A DNA stretch of 64,000 nt, from positions 1,888,001-1,952,000 of the forward strand of contig OZ242351.1 of the NCBI GenBank assembly GCA_965208675.1. Direction: 5' to 3'. The DNA comes from Candidatus Poribacteria bacterium. GTDB lineage: Bacteria > Poribacteria > WGA-4E > PCPOR2b. The notes beneath the pieces are model-generated. The model was given only the letters and a program-made list of their open reading frames with translations, was not told the origin of the DNA and ran no database searches. Shown piece after piece: positions 30,129 through 39,495 of this stretch (positions are counted from its first letter, which is position 1; each line of letters begins with the position of its first letter). A program made the position numbers and the translations under genes.

Positions 30129-32102
30129 ATGAACCTGCCGAATCAATCACACACAAATTTAACAAAAGGGCTCACTCTCCGAGCACTCGGCATCGGCATT
30201 GTTCTGATGGTTTTAAACGCATACTGGTTGAATGATGCCGCTTGGGGCGGTCGGACGTTGCACACCTACATCTCCTTGTTCGTCAATACGGTATTCTGCC
30301 TATTTGTGCTTGTACTGTTGAATCTTGTACTGAAGCGAACCTTCCCCCGCCATGCACTCCACAACACCGAACTCTTCGTTGTCTACGTCATGCTGGTCAC
30401 GGTTTCCACGCTCGGCGGTAACACAAATATGGGCTATCTGATATATCATTTGGCGCATCCGTTCTGGTTCGCCACGGCAGAAAATGACTGGCTACAGCTT
30501 TTCGGCGGACATATCCCCGACTGGTTCGCTGTCCGGGACAGAAACGTCCTACGCGGATTTTACGAGGGGGAGTCCTCTTTTCTTGCCGCCCAAAACCTCT
30601 CCGGCTGGCTGGTTCCAGCGTTCGCTTGGTCCGCCTTCATATTTGTCCTTTACTTTGTCCTAATCTGCATGAATGTGATCCTCAGAAGACAGTTCACAAC
30701 CCATGAACGGCTGACCTATCCCATCGCTCAACTGCCGCTGGAGATGGGACGCACGCCGGCACGCTTTTTTCGAAACCGACTGATGTGGATAGGGTTCGGA
30801 ATCGCAGGGGGGATTGAACTCATCAACGGATTTCATTTCCTATACCCCGCCCTCCCGTCTATCCCTGTGGGGCAACGCGTGTTCTCAGGCATATTTCAGG
30901 AAAAACCGTGGGACGCTGTCGGCAGCGTGCTTTTTTCGGTTTGGCCCTCAGTGGTCGGCTTGGCGTTTTTCCTGCCCCTAGATTTAGCGTTCTCCGCGCT
31001 GTTCTTTTACTTTTTCGGGAAAATACAACTCGTCGCGTGCAGTGCGTTCGGATGGCATACGACCCCTTACCTTGATGAACAATCGCAGGGGGGCTGGATC
31101 GGATTGGGGCTGCTCGCCTTATGGATTAGCCGCCGGCACCTGAAAACCGTCTTCGCCGCGGCGGCGGGTAGGCGCCCCAAATCGCCGGGTATGCCTGACC
31201 TAGAGGAAACCGCGCAGAGCCGGATAGACGATTTCTCGGAGCCGATGCCGTACCGGTACGCCGTCTGCGGAATGATAGGCGGGTTGCTCCTAATCATGCT
31301 GTTCGGCTACAAAGCCGGGGCTTCGCTTTGGGCGATTGCGGCCTTCTTTGGCATCTATATTATTATGGCGATTAGTCTGACAAAGGTTCGGGCGGGACTT
31401 GGACCGCCCCTGCACGAGATGTACGGAAAGGATCCCGGTGCAATAATGGTCTCCGCCTTTGGTGCGCGGCGCATCGGCGCGGCGAATTTAACTGTTTTGT
31501 CCTTCTTCTTTTGGTTGAACCGCGTCAACACTGCCCATCCGATGCCAAATCAATTGGAGGCATTTCACATCGGCCGCCAAACCGGGATAAATGGGCGACA
31601 CCTGCTCATTGCGATGTTAATTGCGCTAGGCGTCGGCATACCGCTGACATTTATCACCTATCTTCAACTCTCATACAATCTCGGCGGCCTCGGCGCATTT
31701 CACACGCATTTTCCCATGGCTTGGGGGTTCATTAGCTTAGAAAAGCGGCTGGTCCATCCCACGGGCACCGACTATGCCGCGGTGACTGCCATGGGAATAG
31801 GCTTCGGTTTCACCATGTTCCTCACCGCCATGAAAATGCGGTTTCTCTGGTGGCAGCTCCATCCAATCGGTTATGTGCTCGGCACAGGGCGATGGGGCGG
31901 GGATATGAATTTCTTCTGGTTCCCTGTTCTTGTCGGCTGGGCAATTAAATCTATCGTTCTGCGTTACGGCGGGCTGCGCACTTATCGAAGCGCAATTCCG
32001 TTCTTCGCCGGTCTAATCCTCGGCGACTACGTAATCGGCGCCGTTTGGAGCCTCATCGGTATCACCTTCCAAATCCCGACCTATAAGATTTTGATTGAGT
32101 GA
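30129..32102 (+). CDS. Multi-pass membrane protein, DUF6785/6784-like putative transporter
   Basis: More than 14 hydrophobic segments; ERLTYPIAQLP, WWQLHPIGY, RYGG..Y..AIPFFAGLILGD. Start either 30084/30090 or 30129. Confidence 0.75.
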   Translation: MNLPNQSHTNLTKGLTLRALGIGIVLMVLNAYWLNDAAWGGRTLHTYISLFVNTVFCLFVLVLLNLVLKRTFPRHALHNTELFVVYVMLVTVSTLGGNTNMGYLIYHLAHPFWFATAENDWLQLFGGHIPDWFAVRDRNVLRGFYEGESSFLAAQNLSGWLVPAFAWSAFIFVLYFVLICMNVILRRQFTTHERLTYPIAQLPLEMGRTPARFFRNRLMWIGFGIAGGIELINGFHFLYPALPSIPVGQRVFSGIFQEKPWDAVGSVLFSVWPSVVGLAFFLPLDLAFSALFFYFFGKIQLVACSAFGWHTTPYLDEQSQGGWIGLGLLALWISRRHLKTVFAAAAGRRPKSPGMPDLEETAQSRIDDFSEPMPYRYAVCGMIGGLLLIMLFGYKAGASLWAIAAFFGIYIIMAISLTKVRAGLGPPLHEMYGKDPGAIMVSAFGARRIGAANLTVLSFFFWLNRVNTAHPMPNQLEAFHIGRQTGINGRHLLIAMLIALGVGIPLTFITYLQLSYNLGGLGAFHTHFPMAWGFISLEKRLVHPTGTDYAAVTAMGIGFGFTMFLTAMKMRFLWWQLHPIGYVLGTGRWGGDMNFFWFPVLVGWAIKSIVLRYGGLRTYRSAIPFFAGLILGDYVIGAVWSLIGITFQIPTYKILIE

Positions 32103-32139
32103 TTTCTACTGAATATCGCACTAAACTATCATCAGTCTT

Positions 32140-32338
32140 TGTAGGACGGGTAGAGATCGACGCAGCGAATATTGACGGCGATAGTATTTAGTATCAAAAA
32201 CCTCCAGCAACCTATCAAATCCCGAATTCAACACGCCGTTCGGAGTTCTTATTTCTCTCATTGATTTTCCCTGTTCCTGTCGCTCTGGGGATGATATCCA
32301 CCGTTCGGTTATCCGAGAGTTTCAAAAACGTTGGGTTT
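32140..32338. repeat. Truncated REP-like element
   Basis: Starts GTAGGACGGGTAGAG; 32266-32338 is a diverged direct copy of 29835-29907; stops at the hic terminator. Confidence 0.7.
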
Positions 32339-32346
32339 ATTGCGGC

Positions 32347-32377
32347 AATAAAAAGCCGAGAGCATTCGCCCTCGGCT
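32347..32377 (-). terminator. Intrinsic terminator of hicB-hicA
   Basis: AGCCGAG...CTCGGCT stem followed by TTTTATT on the minus strand. Confidence 0.75.
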
Positions 32378-32383
32378 GAACGA

Positions 32384-32570
32384 TTAGATGCTTGGTATTC
32401 CTAAATACCTAACAAATTTTTTGAGCTGTTATATCAGCAATCTCAGTGTGCCGTGGTACAGTAGTTTTCAAATTAGATTCTGGGTTAATCCAAATAGAGT
32501 GGTTTCTTCCTTCTCTATGCAATTTACAGTTGTTCGCGCGTAAATGCTTTAGTAGTTTTTGTCGTTTCAT
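32384..32570 (-). pseudogene. hicA: HicA-family toxin with a C-terminal 1-nt frameshift
   Basis: Not in the ORF track. Translates as MKRQKLLKHLRANNCKLHREGRNHSIWINPESNLKTTVPRHTEIADITAQKIC* (stop 32409-32411). Removing one T restores ICRYLGIPSI*. Confidence 0.8.
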
Positions 32571-32582
32571 GCATAAATTGAC

Positions 32583-32825
32583 TCATAGGTAAATCGGCAC
32601 TTCCTGATAATCGTTTTTAGGTATGTTTCTTCTAGGTTTCTCGCTATCACAGTCTAGAATATCCTCTAACCCCAAATGTAGTGATTCGATAAGCTCTTCA
32701 TAAGTATGTTCTTGGCAAACTACGCCCGGAACTTCCTTAATCCAGCCTATCCACCATTTATCGTGTTGCTGGATAATGGCAGTATATTCTTTCTGGTTTT
32801 TACTTTTCACGTCACGTTCCCCCAT
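32583..32825 (-). CDS. hicB: HicB-family antitoxin (short, no DNA-binding domain evident)
   Basis: YTAIIQQHDKWWIGWIKEVPGVVCQEHTYEELIESL; adjacent to hicA; AT-rich. Confidence 0.85.
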   Translation of the reverse strand: MGERDVKSKNQKEYTAIIQQHDKWWIGWIKEVPGVVCQEHTYEELIESLHLGLEDILDCDSEKPRRNIPKNDYQEVPIYL

Positions 32826-33060
32826 TTTTTTCTACTGCGCAATGTTGCAATAATGCTGCATAATGTGAGCATTGCTGCTGTATTCTTTAGTATACTATAA
32901 TCATCTTTGTATGTGTCAAATTATTTCTTGTGAACTTTAGTTACCCCCAATGTTTAGACAGTAATGCTCGTCTATTAAGGTGTAATTGCTAGGCAATCCG
33001 GCTATGCTTCAATTTACTGTGAAAACTGTGAAATTAAAATGTCACCTGGTAAGAGTTCTT

Positions 33061-33523
33061 GTAGGCTGGGTAGAGCCGAAGGCGAAACCCTACGCTTTTA
33101 GATCCCCGCAACAACCACTCGGTGAATTACGCCAATACATTCATCGAACGGACGAAAAGCGTTGGGTTACGCAGCATATATTTCGCCAAGTGGGATGATT
33201 TGCCGCCGGAATTAGTTCTGGAGGTGAAGACTTGAAGACTATCGCCTTCGCTATTCGCTCAGTTGATTGCTTAACCCAACCTACGAAGACTTAATAGAGA
33301 GTGCTAGAAACAGCGCTCAACCCAACCTATAAGAACTGTAAAAAACTATCGCCTTCCCTAATCGGTCAGTTGATCCTCCTTAGTAAGGTGGGGAATGATT
33401 ATTGTAATAAACCGACAAGGCGTTCTCACTGTAGGAGAAGCATTTTTAGAGTAATGAAGGCGTAAAACTATCGCCCTCACTATTCATTCGGTTGATCCTT
33501 CGCTATCCGCGCAGTTGATTGCT
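33061..33523. repeat. REP-like element plus three and a half copies of the 33-bp repeat
   Basis: GTAGGCTGGGTAGAGC...GCTTAACCCAACCTAC (33061-33284), extra end at 33314-33330, ACTATCGCC..GTTGAT units at 33238, 33345, 33467 and a partial at 33497. Confidence 0.78.
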
Positions 33524-33832
33524 CCCTATTCCTCCGCTTGATTCTCGACAATCGGGAAAAGGATTTCCCTCCCACCGCGTGGCTCCGTGCGAATTCCTGG
33601 ACTTGCGGGTAATAGTACGCTTGGCAAACGGGAGGATTTACGTGTGATTCGCGTGAACAGAATCTGACATATAGTCACTTAAGCTCATATTTACACAAGG
33701 AGGGAGCGGCTGATGGATAATCGAAGCTAGGCAGTCTCTCCCACAAAACAATGCGTAGAAGAATTATTCCAATTTCGTCAGGTTGAATTGCGACTTGGGA
33801 TTGTCGCTTGGCGGGCGGGGTGGAAAACAAGA

Positions 33833-35632
33833 TCAGGCGATTTCTTGGCCTTTGTATTGAAGTTGATAGAGCCGATAATAGATGCCTTGCCGCTTAAGCA
33901 GTTCGGCGTGCGTGCCAATCTCGCGGATTTTGCCTCGGTGCATAACGAGGATTTTGTCCGCATTCCGGATGGTTGACAGCCGGTGGGCGACAACGATGGA
34001 GGTACGGTTTGCCATCAGGCGTTTAATCCCGTCTTGGATTAAGCCTTCAGTTTCCGTGTCTACACTTGATGTGGCTTCGTCGAGGATGAGAATGTCGGGA
34101 TTAAACGCCAAGGCGCGGGCAAAGGCGACGAGCTGTTTTTGACCCACGGAGAGTGCGCTGCCGCCCTCTTTGACCTCGGTGGCGTATCCGTCCGACATTT
34201 TTTGAACGAACGGATCCAGATGTACGTGTTTTGCTGCGGCGACCGCTTGAGCCGGCGTTATGTCCTCCGCGCCGAGGCGGAGGTTATTGTCGACTGTATC
34301 TGAAAACAGGAAGATATTCTGTTGCACGATACTGATAGCGCGGCGCAGGTCATATAGTCTCAAATCTCGGATTTCTACCCCATCAATCAGAATGCGCCCG
34401 CGGTTGACCTCGTAGAAACGGCACAGCAGGTTGATAATCGTGGTCTTGCCGGAGCCGGTTTGACCGACGATTGCGACCGTTTCGCCGGGGTTGACTTTGA
34501 AGGAGATGTCGCGAAGGACATAGTTATCATCTTCATAAGCGAACCAGACATTTTGAAATTCAATTTCACCTTTCATGGCTTCCAACCCTTTTGGTTCATC
34601 CGCATTGATTATTGCCGGCTGCTTATCCAAGAGGTCGAAAATTCTTTCAGACGACGCCATCGCGGATTGAAAAATCGTATACTGTTCGCTTAACTCGCGG
34701 ATGGGCCAGAACAGGCGTTGACTGAATTGGATGAAGGCGACTAAATCGCCGAACGTTAGCATACCCTTTAAACTCTGCACGCCGCCGTACCAGACGATAA
34801 TCGCCGTGCCTAGCGATCCGGCGACCTCAATCAACGGGAAGAAAATCGAGAAGTAGAATACGCTGCGCAGCCCCGCCTGCAGATACGCCTGATTGCGCTG
34901 ATCGAATTTTAGGAAGTTCCGCCGTTCTTGAGCGAACAATTGGACTGTTGTCATGCCAACGATATTTTCCTGTAAAAAGGCGTTGATGCGCGCCAGGTGT
35001 TTTCGCTGATCGCGAAAAGCGCGGCGGGAATAAATTTGATAAACGGTTGTGGCGCCAAAGATAATCGGCAACACCGTGAACATCGCCAGGGCGAGTTTCC
35101 AGTTCATGTACAGCATTATCACCATGATGCCGACGATTTTAATTAGAATGGTGAAGATCGTGATAACCCCTGACGTGAACAGCTCATTGAGCACCTGAAC
35201 ATCGCCCATCACGCGTGTCATGAGGCGTCCAACGGGGTTGCGGTCGAAGAAGGCTACCTCCATTTTCTGGAGATGTGAAAATATCCCCATACGCAAGTCA
35301 TACATAACCCGCTGCCCTAACATTTGCAACCGGTATTCTTCAAAATAGCTGAAAACCATGTCTGCCAACATGGCGAGAATCATAAGAAGCGCGATCCCGC
35401 TCAATCCGTCCAACGTCCCCGCTTTTATGTAACGGTCAATGCCATACCTCATGAGCAGGGGACCCGCCAATATCCCGCACGTGCTTCCGAGGTTTAGGAC
35501 CAAAATTAACACGACCTGGCGCCAGTACGGCTTCATGTAGGCACAGAGGCGTTTAATCAATACGCGATCATAGATTTTGCCGAGGTCGTCCTCATCTTTG
35601 CTGTAATCGTGAAGATGTTCGCCGTGAAGCAC
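33833..35632 (-). CDS. ABC exporter, fused permease/ATP-binding subunit
   Basis: TM domain, FFDRNPVGRLMTR, GQTGSGKTT, LSVGQKQL, ILDEATSSVD, VAHRLSTI. Confidence 0.95.
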   Translation of the reverse strand: MLHGEHLHDYSKDEDDLGKIYDRVLIKRLCAYMKPYWRQVVLILVLNLGSTCGILAGPLLMRYGIDRYIKAGTLDGLSGIALLMILAMLADMVFSYFEEYRLQMLGQRVMYDLRMGIFSHLQKMEVAFFDRNPVGRLMTRVMGDVQVLNELFTSGVITIFTILIKIVGIMVIMLYMNWKLALAMFTVLPIIFGATTVYQIYSRRAFRDQRKHLARINAFLQENIVGMTTVQLFAQERRNFLKFDQRNQAYLQAGLRSVFYFSIFFPLIEVAGSLGTAIIVWYGGVQSLKGMLTFGDLVAFIQFSQRLFWPIRELSEQYTIFQSAMASSERIFDLLDKQPAIINADEPKGLEAMKGEIEFQNVWFAYEDDNYVLRDISFKVNPGETVAIVGQTGSGKTTIINLLCRFYEVNRGRILIDGVEIRDLRLYDLRRAISIVQQNIFLFSDTVDNNLRLGAEDITPAQAVAAAKHVHLDPFVQKMSDGYATEVKEGGSALSVGQKQLVAFARALAFNPDILILDEATSSVDTETEGLIQDGIKRLMANRTSIVVAHRLSTIRNADKILVMHRGKIREIGTHAELLKRQGIYYRLYQLQYKGQEIA

Positions 35633-35654
35633 GGGTTACGCCTCCCAATAAAAT

Positions 35655-36458
35655 TCAAGTGCCATTAATGCAGCGTTCAAAGAAATAGAAGTGGTTTGTT
35701 GGGCCGTGACCGCGACCAACATCAAGAGAATACCGGATAGCATTCGTAATATAATCCTTCGCAGCGTCTATAGCGGCAATCAGGTCTTTGCCCTGACCGA
35801 GCTGGGCAGCAATGGCAGCGGAATACGTGCATCCGGTGCCGTGCGTATTTTTTGTTTCAATTCGCTCGGCTTCAAAAATGGTAAACTCGCCGTCGGATAA
35901 CAAGACATCCGACGCACGCTCCCCCGCAAGGTGACCGCCTTTAACCAGCACGCCTCCGCACCCGCAAGCCGATATTATCTTCGCGGCTCGCTTTGCGTCC
36001 GCTATCGTGTTGATTTCGCAATTTGCGAGCAGTTGGGCTTCGTCAACGTTGGGCGTAATCACCGTTGCCAGCGGCATCAGATCGGAAAATAGGCTATCGG
36101 CGGCTTCCGGCTTCAGAAGGGGGAACTTGCTTTTCGAAAGCATGACCGGATCGACGACGACGTTCATCGGCGAATAACGGCGCAGTTTCTTGGCGACCGT
36201 CTGCACAATTGCCGGTGAAGACAACATCCCGGTTTTTAGGGCTGCTACATCGAAGTCTGAAAAAATCGCATCAATCTGCGCCTCGATTATGCCGGTCGGC
36301 AGGTCAAAGGCGCGAATCACTTCCTGCGTGTTCTGTGCTGTGATTGAGGTAATGACGGACAAGCCGAAACCGCCATTGGCGTGGATGGCTTTAATATCGG
36401 CTTGAATGCCCGCGCCTCCTCCAGAATCAGAGCCGGCGATTGTCAAGATTTGTTTCAT
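35655..36458 (-). CDS. thiD: Hydroxymethylpyrimidine/phosphomethylpyrimidine kinase
   Basis: LTIAGSDSGGGAGIQAD, KTGML, VDPVM, KGGH, THGTGCT. Confidence 0.97.
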   Translation of the reverse strand: MKQILTIAGSDSGGGAGIQADIKAIHANGGFGLSVITSITAQNTQEVIRAFDLPTGIIEAQIDAIFSDFDVAALKTGMLSSPAIVQTVAKKLRRYSPMNVVVDPVMLSKSKFPLLKPEAADSLFSDLMPLATVITPNVDEAQLLANCEINTIADAKRAAKIISACGCGGVLVKGGHLAGERASDVLLSDGEFTIFEAERIETKNTHGTGCTYSAAIAAQLGQGKDLIAAIDAAKDYITNAIRYSLDVGRGHGPTNHFYFFERCINGT

Positions 36459-36460
36459 CG

Positions 36461-37132
36461 CTAAACGCCCACTCTATCTTGGACACGACAGAGTTGCCGA
36501 AGATATGCTCGTGCGTTCTGAATCCCGATGTCGGCGGACATGACGTTAGACATCACCGCAACTCCATACGCCCCGGCACCAATACAATCCGGAACCCGTT
36601 CAGGTGTTATACCTCCCAATGCGAAAACGGGAATTTTCACGCTCGCTGCGACCTTCCTGAGATTTTCTAATCCAACAGCCGGGCCGTATCCAGGCTTGCT
36701 TGCTGTCGGGAAGATGGGGCTATACGTCAAGAAATCCGCGCCTTCCAGTTCCCTCGTCCGCGCTTCATCACGGCTATGTACTGAACAACCTACAATGAGT
36801 CGGTTATCCGACTGTGGGACGACCTCCTCAACGGGCGCGGAATCCCCGGGCAGGTGCACACCATTCGCGCCTAGTTCGGCTGCAATTCCTGCGCGCGAGT
36901 TAATGAAGAGGTGCGCGGCATAGCCACGGCAAAGCTTGGCGATTGGTTTTGCTAAGTTGATGAACTCGGCATCGCTCAAGTCTTTTTCCCGAAGTTGAAT
37001 GGCGGATACTCGCGCATCCAAGAGGTCATGGATTACGCCGTACAGTGAACGCGGGGAACAGCGAAACCTGTCCGTGATGATGTACAGCTTGAATGGTATC
37101 ACGCTTCGTACCGAATCTAAAGCCGACTCCAA
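36461..37132 (-). CDS. thiE: Thiamine phosphate synthase (ThiE/TenI family)
   Basis: LYIITD, QLREK, GVHL, GCSVHS, PIFPTASKP, ALGGI; adjacent to thiD. Confidence 0.85.
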   Translation of the reverse strand: MESALDSVRSVIPFKLYIITDRFRCSPRSLYGVIHDLLDARVSAIQLREKDLSDAEFINLAKPIAKLCRGYAAHLFINSRAGIAAELGANGVHLPGDSAPVEEVVPQSDNRLIVGCSVHSRDEARTRELEGADFLTYSPIFPTASKPGYGPAVGLENLRKVAASVKIPVFALGGITPERVPDCIGAGAYGVAVMSNVMSADIGIQNARAYLRQLCRVQDRVGV

Positions 37133-38145
37133 TCGAATACAACACCTAGATAGGTGTCCTTCCGTTCGTGCAAGCCTAGGTAGGCGTTTTGGCAGGCTAG
37201 CGGCGAAAGCAGGTGCGTCAACAGCGGATCCGTCTTGAGGGCGCCGGATTCAATCCATCCGAGAATCTGTTGATAGTTGCGCGTGATACTGTGCCTTGAA
37301 TCATCGGTCTCGGGGATGGTATAAAGCCATTCGAGCGCGCCAATTAGTCGAATACCCAGCAGGTGGATCCGGCTTAACATAGGTGTGACATCCATTGTGA
37401 CACGTGCACGCGGGCTCCCCAGCAGAATAACCTCGCCCTTTCGGCGCGTCATCTGAACCGCTTGCGCAACCAGTTCTGACTTGCCGATGGCTTCAACGCT
37501 GATGTCTGCGCCGCGCCCACCGGTCCACTCCATCACGGCACCTTCTATTTGAGTATCACCGGGATTTATTGCGTTTGCGATGCCGCACTGTTTGGCGACC
37601 TGTATCCGATAGTTTGACAGATCGACCCCCATTACCTCCGCACCGGAAAGCGTGAAAAGCTGCGCAGCGAAATTTCCTACTAGACCGAGCCCGATGACGA
37701 TCACCTTGTCCCCCGGGGAAATGGACGCGGCGCGCAACGCGGTGATTGCCACGCCTGCCATCCGTGTGAAAACGGCTTTTTTCCCATCAAGTTCGGACGG
37801 CGTCTTCAGGCAAAACCGCCGCGCATCCACTTTGACATGTGAGGCGTGATTGGAAAAACTCAGGACGCGATCTCCCGTACGAAGGTCACCGCAGTTGCCG
37901 CCCAAGGCGATAATTTCCCCGTAATTTCCATACCCCGTCTGCATGGGATAGGTAAAGGGCCGGTCTCCTAAAGCGGGATGTTCTGCCTCCAGACCGGAAT
38001 AGTGCGCCCCTTCTGTACCGGCGCTAATGATGGAATACACAGTTTTAACAAGAACCTGACCGTTGCCGAGTTCTTCATCGCGTCTGAACGGCTCCAATAC
38101 CGCCTGTAACGGCGCTGTGAATATTATCCTATGCCCTTCCTGCAT
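37117..38145 (-). CDS. Medium-chain (zinc-binding family) dehydrogenase
   Basis: SIISAGTE, GYGNYG, GLGLVG Rossmann motif. Confidence 0.88.
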   Translation of the reverse strand: MQEGHRIIFTAPLQAVLEPFRRDEELGNGQVLVKTVYSIISAGTEGAHYSGLEAEHPALGDRPFTYPMQTGYGNYGEIIALGGNCGDLRTGDRVLSFSNHASHVKVDARRFCLKTPSELDGKKAVFTRMAGVAITALRAASISPGDKVIVIGLGLVGNFAAQLFTLSGAEVMGVDLSNYRIQVAKQCGIANAINPGDTQIEGAVMEWTGGRGADISVEAIGKSELVAQAVQMTRRKGEVILLGSPRARVTMDVTPMLSRIHLLGIRLIGALEWLYTIPETDDSRHSITRNYQQILGWIESGALKTDPLLTHLLSPLACQNAYLGLHERKDTYLGVVFDWSRL

Positions 38146-38164
38146 GTGCGGCTCCGAACCCGTT

Positions 38165-38246
38165 AAGAAACCGAGTTTTGAAGAAAAAACTCGGTTTAAA
38201 GGACTACTGAAGAAACCGGGGTTTGGGGAAAAAACTCGGTTTAAAG
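38165..38246. repeat. Tandem pair of 37-bp palindromic repeats (45-bp period)
   Basis: AAGAAACCG(A/G)G....AAAAAACTCGGTTTAAAG at 38165 and 38210. Confidence 0.85.
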
Positions 38247-38319
38247 AATCTCATTCTGCTCCGTTGGAACGCAAGAACAATACGTGTGCGTGCGTCTAAA
38301 TTTTACTTTGCCATTACAT

Positions 38320-39357
38320 TCAACCTTTGAATGGCGGCAAAAGTTGCGGCTTTTTAACGAGCCAAAATTCACCGCTGCTGGTGTCTGCGAGCATTTTCAA
38401 CAACACTGCGCCGGGGAAATCTTCAGCCATTTCGGTCGCCATCGTAAATATTTTCGTCCTGCCGCCAGTTTGTTTTTCGACTGCGTTGACATCCGGGAAA
38501 CCCGACGTCAAAATGCCGTCACTGAATAGGACGATGATTGTCGGCTGCACGTTGTTCGCGTCATGAAGCGCTTCGAACATATCCTTGTCGACATAACGCG
38601 CGCTTTTCTTGGGTTTCGCGGCTTCGAGGTACGCTATCGCGCTGGAGACATTTTCATCAGTTACAGCGAGAAAATTAGGTTGATAAAATTCGACCTCGCT
38701 ACTGAACGTCATGATGTTAAACTGGTCGTGCAGCTCAAGAAATGTCAACGAATCCTGCAAAATAGCAATTATCTTCTTTAGTTTACGCGGTTTTAAGCCG
38801 AGCATGCTTGATGAAAGGTCCACACAATAAATAATCTGCTGCGGATTCGGCTGTTTCTCAATGAACTTCACCAATCGGCTTTTTGGTCGCCCTTCCTCGA
38901 CCGGCACTGTCTTTACAGGAGAATTTGCCGTTTTGCGCACAGGCGGCGCAATTCTCACGGAGTTGGTAGTTAAGTTACCGCCGCTGAAATCAAGCGAGCC
39001 GAGATCGCCTAACTTTGTCGGCGCTGCCGCCGAAACAACGCCTCGCTGCGTTACCGGGGCGTTACTGGTCAGGATTTTTAGGTTCGGTTGGTTCGTTGTA
39101 ATGTTTGTCTCGGTACGATTCCGTATTCTAGCCCTTTTGGGACGGCTCATCCGTTTGACTCGCGGTTTTTCGACCTTCATCAGCACAGCGTTCACTGCCC
39201 CTTCATCCAATCGCAGGTCAGAGTTGGGCCAGAAAAAGAACCCAACGATACCGGCGATAATATGCACAAAGATCGATACAGCGAACGCTCTGCCTGATTT
39301 GTGTTTTGATTTCATTCGGGATAACCTTGTCATGAAATGGCACTCGAATGCACTCAC
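38320..39357 (-). CDS. Membrane-anchored VWA-domain protein
   Basis: N-terminal TM helix, basic/Pro linker, MIDAS DLSSS, FNIMTFS, LFSDG. True start may be 39333 or 39315. Confidence 0.82.
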   Translation of the reverse strand: MSAFECHFMTRLSRMKSKHKSGRAFAVSIFVHIIAGIVGFFFWPNSDLRLDEGAVNAVLMKVEKPRVKRMSRPKRARIRNRTETNITTNQPNLKILTSNAPVTQRGVVSAAAPTKLGDLGSLDFSGGNLTTNSVRIAPPVRKTANSPVKTVPVEEGRPKSRLVKFIEKQPNPQQIIYCVDLSSSMLGLKPRKLKKIIAILQDSLTFLELHDQFNIMTFSSEVEFYQPNFLAVTDENVSSAIAYLEAAKPKKSARYVDKDMFEALHDANNVQPTIIVLFSDGILTSGFPDVNAVEKQTGGRTKIFTMATEMAEDFPGAVLLKMLADTSSGEFWLVKKPQLLPPFKG

Positions 39358-39410
39358 ATTTTTCCCTTCGAACGCACGTGATGCCTCAAAACGCGAGCAC
39401 AGTTTTTCTT

Positions 39411-39439
39411 TTGATTCAGGGTGTGGATTCGAGTATAAT
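39411..39439 (+). promoter_or_regulatory. Putative sigma-70 promoter
   Basis: TTGATT-N17-TATAAT. Confidence 0.55.
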
Positions 39440-39495
39440 CGTGATTGCCGATACGTATTATAAACCTTTTAACGTCAATGAAACAAGGAGAAAAG

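Noticed and set aside
33238-33523. Possible CRISPR array
   Set aside because: Repeats are degenerate, spacers are 75-90 bp and made of other repeats, copies are dispersed in both orientations, and no cas genes are present.
37132-38320. TPP riboswitch upstream of thiE-thiD
   Set aside because: No riboswitch core recognised; thiE overlaps the upstream dehydrogenase gene and appears to be operon-internal.
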